Source: Thermoplasmata archaeon (GTDB lineage Archaea; Thermoplasmatota; Thermoplasmata; Thermoplasmatales; Thermoplasmataceae). Taken from it: DNA of 64,000 nt. The position numbers were made by a program, and so were the translations under genes. The notes under the pieces were generated by a model that saw nothing but the letters and a program-made list of their open reading frames with translations, was not told the DNA's origin and made no database searches. This document shows, piece by piece, positions 57,889 through 64,000 of this stretch (position 1 is the stretch's first letter; each line of letters opens with the position of its first letter). The stretch spans positions 18,351 through 82,350 of the forward strand of contig JAJZJR010000004.1 of NCBI GenBank assembly GCA_021810045.1, read 5' to 3'.

Positions 57889-58788
57889 TCATCTTATTCT
57901 TTTGAGTTCGAAGGAACCAAGTGTAAGATCGTTTCCGTTATGAACAACCTCAATCCAGTCCCTGGATTGTGCCTCCTTCATTCCCCTCACCCTGAGATAT
58001 TCGGCAGATGATTCCGTCCTGAATTCTACGGAGCCGTCCATGAAGTAATTCATGTTCTCATAGAGACTTCTCTGAAAAATACCGTCTTCTATGAGGTAAA
58101 GGGTTGTGGACCCTTCCATTTTTCTCCTCTGGGAGAAATGCTGCAGTGCCTTTGGAAACAGTTTATCATCAGATGACTGGGTGATCCAGGCTGTAAGTGA
58201 GAAAAACACCATCCGGTACTTCCCCATGCTGGAGAGCATCATGGAGCAGTTCTGATCCATTGCCTTGAGAAAATTGCTGATGTTGGAAACATTGTCAAGA
58301 ACTATGGCATTGCGGTCATTGTTATCCATCTGGATACTCCGGGAGTAGGCGTCCACGAATTTCAGGTAACCGCTGTCTTCGTAGGAATCAGCAGAAATAC
58401 CCATTGCATAAAGATCGGATTTGATCTCTGAAATAGGTTTGTCCATGGACACAATAACCACTGGATAGGATTCCTTCAGGGATGATACAATAAATCTGTT
58501 GGCAAGAGTAAATTTGGAGCTGTATGGCGGGCCGCTCAGAAGGATGTTGGAGGAAGAGGGATAACCTCCATGCAGGAGATCGTCAAGCCTTGCAAAACCG
58601 GTTGAGATCCTTTGGTTTTCATTATCAACATTGCTGGAACCAACAGGATCAGGCGATAACTCCCTTATGGAGCCATCTATCTGTTCAATGAGGCTCCTTG
58701 TTTCATTGAGTTTCTCCTGGAGCTTCCTTCGCTGATCCATGAGATCCTGAAGCTTTCCATCTGAAGATTCCTGCGGAAATTCTGTCAT
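57889..58788 (-). CDS. RAD55/KaiC-like RecA-superfamily ATPase with N-terminal coiled coil
   Basis: ISTGFARLDDLLHGG, degenerate P-loop GPPYSSKFT, FVDAYS and LRVRGM. Confidence 0.82.
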   Translation of the reverse strand: MTEFPQESSDGKLQDLMDQRRKLQEKLNETRSLIEQIDGSIRELSPDPVGSSNVDNENQRISTGFARLDDLLHGGYPSSSNILLSGPPYSSKFTLANRFIVSSLKESYPVVIVSMDKPISEIKSDLYAMGISADSYEDSGYLKFVDAYSRSIQMDNNDRNAIVLDNVSNISNFLKAMDQNCSMMLSSMGKYRMVFFSLTAWITQSSDDKLFPKALQHFSQRRKMEGSTTLYLIEDGIFQRSLYENMNYFMDGSVEFRTESSAEYLRVRGMKEAQSRDWIEVVHNGNDLTLGSFELKRIR

Positions 58789-58789
58789 A

Positions 58790-59989
58790 TCATCTTCCGT
58801 CTGGAGCCCTGTAAGTTCCTGAAACCACCCATGGAGGTTCCTTAGGATCGAAGGGTTCCATGCCCTCAACTGCATTGGTGCTTACAATCTTTTCGTCTAC
58901 CTCAACACCTATGCCTGGTTTTCCGGATAGGGTAAATCTGCCATTTTCCAGCTTGTAACCTGACTTCACAAGATTTCGCTTCCAGTCAGGCCAGAATGCC
59001 TCAAAGCTCTCCTGTATGAGGAAATTTGGAAGTGTCTTGTCAACATTCAGTGTAGCGGCCGTCTGGATCGGTCCAAAAGCATTGTGGAATGCAACAGGCA
59101 CACCCATTGAGTCTGCAATTGCCCCGATCTTCTTTGCCTCCAGTATTCCAAGTGAGTTTGTGAGATCGGGCTGAATGATGTCAACCATGCCCTGAGCGAT
59201 GTATCTTGCAAAATCGGCTTTATTAAGTAGTCTCTCACCCAGTGCTATTGGGGTCCTCACATACCTCTTTACATCTGGAAGTGCAAATTCAAGTTCAGGG
59301 TGAAGAGGCTCCTCCATGAACAGCGGCTCAAACTGGTCAAGTGCAGTTCCAGCATCTATGGCGGCTTTTGTGGAAAATCTGCCATGGCACTCAATAAGCA
59401 GATCTACTCTGTCGCCAAATTCCTCTCTTAGGGAACCTACGATATCAACCGCATTTTTGAGGCCCTCTTTTGAAAGTTTGTCATAATTATTGCCGAATGG
59501 ATCAAATTTCATGGCTGTAAAACCTTTTGAAACGACTTCCTTTGCCTTTCTGACAAAATCCTCAGCAGTGACACAATCTGAGTACCAGCCATTTGCGTAT
59601 GCCCGCAGGTCCTGGTTGAATTCACCACCAAGCAATCTGTATACTGGTTCACCAACAGATTTTCCAATGAGGTCCCAGCTGGCAATCTCAAAGGCACTCA
59701 ATGCTGCAGTTGATTCCATTGATCTTGAAAGATAGAATGAGTTTTTGTAAAATTCCCTTATATTCTTCTCTACATTGAAGAAATCAGCATCCTGGAAGAC
59801 TCTCTTTACCTCCTCCATCTCTTCCTTTACGGGTAATGTCATAAGGGTTGTAGGGGCCTCTCCATAGCCTATAAGGCCATCTTCTGTAGTAAGTCTCACC
59901 AGAAGGATAGTGGAACTCCAGGGGCTTGATATCTCCTTGCCTTTCTCGCCAAGTTCCAGAACATCTATTTTCTTTATTTTCGACGACAT
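58790..59989 (-). CDS. gad: D-gluconate/galactonate dehydratase (mandelate racemase family)
   Basis: SSPWSS, GYGEAPT, RAYANGWY, KFDPFG, ECHGRF and FHNAFGP, as in archaeal non-phosphorylative ED dehydratases. Confidence 0.88.
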   Translation of the reverse strand: MSSKIKKIDVLELGEKGKEISSPWSSTILLVRLTTEDGLIGYGEAPTTLMTLPVKEEMEEVKRVFQDADFFNVEKNIREFYKNSFYLSRSMESTAALSAFEIASWDLIGKSVGEPVYRLLGGEFNQDLRAYANGWYSDCVTAEDFVRKAKEVVSKGFTAMKFDPFGNNYDKLSKEGLKNAVDIVGSLREEFGDRVDLLIECHGRFSTKAAIDAGTALDQFEPLFMEEPLHPELEFALPDVKRYVRTPIALGERLLNKADFARYIAQGMVDIIQPDLTNSLGILEAKKIGAIADSMGVPVAFHNAFGPIQTAATLNVDKTLPNFLIQESFEAFWPDWKRNLVKSGYKLENGRFTLSGKPGIGVEVDEKIVSTNAVEGMEPFDPKEPPWVVSGTYRAPDGR

Positions 59990-60114
59990 ATATGTAAATG
60001 GGTAGAATTGTACTTAAACCTATCAAATCTGACTTCCCGGTCATCTGAAGAGGGCATCGTTCATCCGACAGGTTAACAGATCATCAGTTTTCTGCATGAG
60101 GGTGAAGATATTGA

Positions 60115-61026
60115 CTATCTGCCCATATCCAGATAAGCTTCAAGGGCAGGTATTGAAGGTAATAATGCGTAAATCTTGTTATGGAGTTCATCAAATATTA
60201 TGTCTGAAATCTCGGAACTGCACTTTTCAATCTCTCTAACCCTGCTGTTCTGGAGATCAACTACTGCCAGCTGCCTGCTATCCCTGAATATTACATAGAG
60301 GTGGTTTACCAGCGGATTGAAGAGTATTTTCCTTACAGGTTCCTTGAATGAAATCGCAACCGTGAATGATCCTCCATTTAAACCAGAGACAAGTATCTTA
60401 CCGCTTTCAGTGCCGGCAACAACTCTCTGGTCAACACTGCAAACTACTGCAGAGTTCACAATTTCATCGCCAAATTCTATGTCTCTAGTTACTTTCAGTT
60501 CCTCTCCCGATTTTATCATCATGAGGCGGGAAGGATTTTGAAATAGTATTATGAAGGAATCCTCAAGGTCGTCAAATTTTGTATAAATCACATTTCCTGC
60601 AATCATTGGAAAATTCATGTCTCTTCTTTCAGGATACCGGAAAAACTTGTATTCTCTGTTGGAAACCAGCAGAATGTCACGGTCACTGTCAAGGGAGATG
60701 TTGTGTGGGACAAAGTCGAATTTCAAGGGCAAATGTGGTTTACCGGTGCCTATTTTGTAAACACGGGCCTCGCCGTCACCGGATCCGGTCAGGAACAGAA
60801 GGCCGCGGTCCTGGCATACAGAAGCAATTGAGTTACTTCCGGTGCCTTCCACCGCTCCTGTTATCCTGTCTTCATCAGTGTTTATAATGAGAATCTTCCC
60901 TTCAGCGGGATCCGGCATGTATAAGGTCTCATTGCTGGAATGCACATCCCCTCGCCATGGATTGTCCTTTCCAGTGGAAGGATCCTGCTTCGGGAGCTTA
61001 ATCTTAGAAATTCTGACGGTACTCAT
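60115..61026 (-). CDS. Hypothetical beta-propeller protein
   Basis: Repeated beta-rich blades (NHLYVI, NKIYAL, LLFLT). Confidence 0.65.
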   Translation of the reverse strand: MSTVRISKIKLPKQDPSTGKDNPWRGDVHSSNETLYMPDPAEGKILIINTDEDRITGAVEGTGSNSIASVCQDRGLLFLTGSGDGEARVYKIGTGKPHLPLKFDFVPHNISLDSDRDILLVSNREYKFFRYPERRDMNFPMIAGNVIYTKFDDLEDSFIILFQNPSRLMMIKSGEELKVTRDIEFGDEIVNSAVVCSVDQRVVAGTESGKILVSGLNGGSFTVAISFKEPVRKILFNPLVNHLYVIFRDSRQLAVVDLQNSRVREIEKCSSEISDIIFDELHNKIYALLPSIPALEAYLDMGR

Positions 61027-61167
61027 TTAAACCAATTGCCGGGGTAAAGACAGGGAATAAAACAACCTTCATAAATATTCTACCTGTACCAGTTCTTAAT
61101 TTATCATGGTTTTTGTCACTTTCATCAATAAAAATAATTAATGGAACACAATAATGACAGGATACCC

Positions 61168-63909
61168 ATGAGTTCCAAATTTCAGAATATAAAGAATTTT
61201 AAGGTAAATGGAAAGGAGTACAACTACTATTCACTGAAGGAGCTTGAAAAACAGGGATATCCAGTTTCAAGATTCCCCGTATCAATCAGAGTCATACTTG
61301 AGTCACTGATCAGGAATTTTGACGGAAAGGAAGTGCGGGAGAAGGATATTGAAAATCTCCTCAAGTGGAACGGAACAAACCTTGCCGATTTTGAGATACC
61401 TTTCAAGGTGGCCCGTGTTTTAATGCAGGATTTCACGGGAGTACCTGCAGTTGTTGATCTTGCAGTAATGAGGGATGCAGCTGCATCACTGGGTAAGAAG
61501 CCCGATATCATCCAGCCACAGGTTCCGGTTGATCTTGTTATTGATCATTCGGTACAGGTAGATTTCTACGGCACACCAGAGGCTATGGAAGAGAACAAAG
61601 AGAAGGAATTTTCAAGGAATGGGGAAAGATACAGGTTCCTCAAGTGGGCTCAGGGGGCATTTGAAAACCTCAGGATTATCCCTCCTTCAGTCGGTATCGT
61701 TCACCAGGTCAATCTCGAGTATCTGGCAAAAGTGGTCATGGAGAAGGAAGTGGATGGCAAAACCTGGGCCTTTCCGGACACTGTTGTGGGAACAGATTCC
61801 CATACCACAATGATCGATGGACTCGGAATTGTCGGCTGGGGAGTTGGAGGCATAGAAGCGGAGGCTGCAATGCTTGATCAGCCCGTTACTTTCAGGGCAC
61901 CTGAGGTTGTAGGCGTACACCTTAAGGGGAAGCTTAATCCCGGCCTTACCGCAACAGATCTGGTTCTCACAGTAACTGAACTGCTCAGAAAGAACAAAGT
62001 CGTAGGCAAATTCGTGGAATTCTTCGGAGAGGGAATCAGGAATCTTGCACTGCCCGACAGAGCAACAATATCCAACATGTGCCCGGAATATGGGGCAACA
62101 GTGGCACTGTTCCCGGTGGATGAACAGACACTTGACTACCTGAGGCTGACTGGAAGATCAGAAGACCACATAAAACTCATAGAGCAGTACTGCAAGGAGC
62201 AGGGAATTTTCGGCTCACAGGAAAATGTGGAATATTCACAGGAAATTGAACTCGATTTATCTACAGTCAAGCCAAGTGTATCGGGTCCAAAACTCCCGCA
62301 GCAGAGGGTCAACCTGGGGAACATAGGCAACAGCTTCCTGAGTTTCATGGAGGACAACCAGGATCAGAACCACCGTGGCGAGGCCAGATTCGAGAATGAG
62401 GGAGGCCTTCCTGACGGCACCCATGGGGCAAAATCAGGACAGGTCCATCTAAAATCATCCAAAATAAATCTCAGCGGAAAGGAAGAGACCCTTACCGAGG
62501 GTGATGTGGTTATAGCAGCAATCACAAGCTGTACCAACACCAGTAATCCCTATGTTATGCTTGCAGCTGGTCTCCTGGCAAAGAAAGCAGTTGAGAAGGG
62601 ACTAACGGTGAGCAAGAAGGTAAAAACCAGCCTTGCACCGGGCTCCAGGGTCGTTACAGAATATCTTAACAAATCCGGCCTTCAGACATATCTGGACCAG
62701 CTTGGCTTCAATCTTGTCGGTTATGGATGCACAACCTGCATAGGTAACAGCGGGCCACTCAATGAGAGTATTGAGTCAGCAATCGTCAGGGACAATCTTG
62801 CAACCGCTGCAGTTCTTTCAGGAAACAGGAATTTTGAGGCAAGAGTTCACAGGAATGTAAAGGCCAACTACCTCATGTCACCACCTCTTGTTGTGGCTTT
62901 TGCCCTGGCAGGAAAGGTTACAATCGATCTGGACAGGGAACCAATCGGAAAGGGGAAGGATGGCAAGGATGTATTCCTCAAGGACATATGGCCGGACAGC
63001 AATGAGATTACTGAGGCAATGAAAGGTTCAATCAGCAGGGAAATGTTCATTGAAAGATACAACAACGTTGACAACTACAACGAGCAATGGTCAGAACTGG
63101 AGGCACCAAGTGGCGTTCAGTATTCCTGGGAACCAGAGAGCACCTACATAAGGAAGGCCCCATTCTTTGAGAACTGGGATCCAAAACAGGTCATAGAAAC
63201 AAAGGAACTCAAGGACACCAGGCCACTACTTGTTCTTGGTGACTCAATCACCACGGATCACATTTCTCCTGCCGGTTCATTCAGCAAAGAGACCCCGGCT
63301 GGAAAATACCTTATGGAACATAATGTCCAGCCGCTTGACTTCAATTCATATGGTTCAAGAAGAGGTAACCACGAGGTCATGATGCGAGGTACCTTTGCAA
63401 ACAACAGGATCAGGAACAAACTTTCCACGAAGGAAGGCGGTTACACTGTTCATTTCCCAGATAAGAAGGATATGAGCGTTTATGATGCTGCCATGCAGTA
63501 CATGAACGAGAAAAGAAATACCATTGTTATCGCCGGTGATCAGTACGGAACAGGGAGTTCCAGGGACTGGGCCGCCAAAGGTCCTTACCTTCTCGGAGTA
63601 AAGGCTATTGTTGCAGTTGGCTACGAAAGAATCCACAGGAGCAATCTTGTAGGCATGGGAGTGATACCTCTCCAGTTCAAGAATGGCGAGAATTTCGAGA
63701 GCCTGAAGATTGATCCTGAAAAGACAATCGACATTGTATTTGAGAAAGGGGTTACTGCATCAGGTAGAGCTACGATGAAATTCACTGAGAGCGGCACAGG
63801 GAAAGATAAATCCACAGAATTAATCATAAGAGTGGATACGCCTGTGGAAGAGGAATACCTCAAGATTGGCGGAATTCTTCAATTCGTTCTTAGAAGACTC
63901 GTATCCTGA
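61168..63909 (+). CDS. acnA: Aconitate hydratase A
   Basis: QDFTGVP, DHSVQVD, GTDSHT, ITSCTNTSNP, GCTTCIGNSG and GSSRDWAAKG. Confidence 0.97.
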   Translation: MSSKFQNIKNFKVNGKEYNYYSLKELEKQGYPVSRFPVSIRVILESLIRNFDGKEVREKDIENLLKWNGTNLADFEIPFKVARVLMQDFTGVPAVVDLAVMRDAAASLGKKPDIIQPQVPVDLVIDHSVQVDFYGTPEAMEENKEKEFSRNGERYRFLKWAQGAFENLRIIPPSVGIVHQVNLEYLAKVVMEKEVDGKTWAFPDTVVGTDSHTTMIDGLGIVGWGVGGIEAEAAMLDQPVTFRAPEVVGVHLKGKLNPGLTATDLVLTVTELLRKNKVVGKFVEFFGEGIRNLALPDRATISNMCPEYGATVALFPVDEQTLDYLRLTGRSEDHIKLIEQYCKEQGIFGSQENVEYSQEIELDLSTVKPSVSGPKLPQQRVNLGNIGNSFLSFMEDNQDQNHRGEARFENEGGLPDGTHGAKSGQVHLKSSKINLSGKEETLTEGDVVIAAITSCTNTSNPYVMLAAGLLAKKAVEKGLTVSKKVKTSLAPGSRVVTEYLNKSGLQTYLDQLGFNLVGYGCTTCIGNSGPLNESIESAIVRDNLATAAVLSGNRNFEARVHRNVKANYLMSPPLVVAFALAGKVTIDLDREPIGKGKDGKDVFLKDIWPDSNEITEAMKGSISREMFIERYNNVDNYNEQWSELEAPSGVQYSWEPESTYIRKAPFFENWDPKQVIETKELKDTRPLLVLGDSITTDHISPAGSFSKETPAGKYLMEHNVQPLDFNSYGSRRGNHEVMMRGTFANNRIRNKLSTKEGGYTVHFPDKKDMSVYDAAMQYMNEKRNTIVIAGDQYGTGSSRDWAAKGPYLLGVKAIVAVGYERIHRSNLVGMGVIPLQFKNGENFESLKIDPEKTIDIVFEKGVTASGRATMKFTESGTGKDKSTELIIRVDTPVEEEYLKIGGILQFVLRRLVS

Positions 63910-64000
63910 GCAAATGTGCGAAATTTTTCGTACATTCTTTTCAACATAACCCTAATTTTTTTAAACATATGAGATCAGGGTATGCATAACCATGTACATA

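Overview
Archaeal chromosomal window whose gene content looks Thermoplasmatales-like (inferred from an atpK-E-C-F-A(intein)-B-D-H-I operon, ipk-fni, gluconate dehydratase and a Ta0216-family radical SAM gene). Positions 1 to about 12.7 kb are the right end of an element integrated at tRNA-Ala(UGC). It carries a D5/SF3 primase-helicase, a type I R-M system with a YgjP-like peptidase, an uncharacterised Zn-ribbon/Panacea-like/TGT-fold operon, twin inverted repeats, and a probable split (SSV1/pTN3-type) integrase N-terminal fragment reading into the tRNA. The rest is mostly core or metabolic: ipk, fni, ZPR1, A1Ao ATP synthase (527-aa LAGLIDADG intein plus two unannotated small ORFs), ubiX, rhodanese, an Egghead-like GT2, a seven-gene shikimate operon, an SSS transporter, a B12-radical SAM protein, MscS, an ISL3 copy with TIRs and an 8-bp TSD, kdpABC, an AbiE TA pair, tRNA-Pro, a Bsr-like deaminase, an Ehr (Ni-less hydrogenase-related) complex, RAD55, gad and acnA. 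Three non-coding or small-ORF signals stand out. (1) An aromatic-residue-rich 24-aa leader peptide with mutually exclusive RBS-sequestering hairpins precedes the aro operon, a candidate archaeal translational attenuator. (2) A fluoride (crcB-motif) riboswitch heads the Ehr operon. (3) A canonical C/D box sRNA lies just upstream of that riboswitch. All family assignments come from motif recognition by eye; no searches were run.
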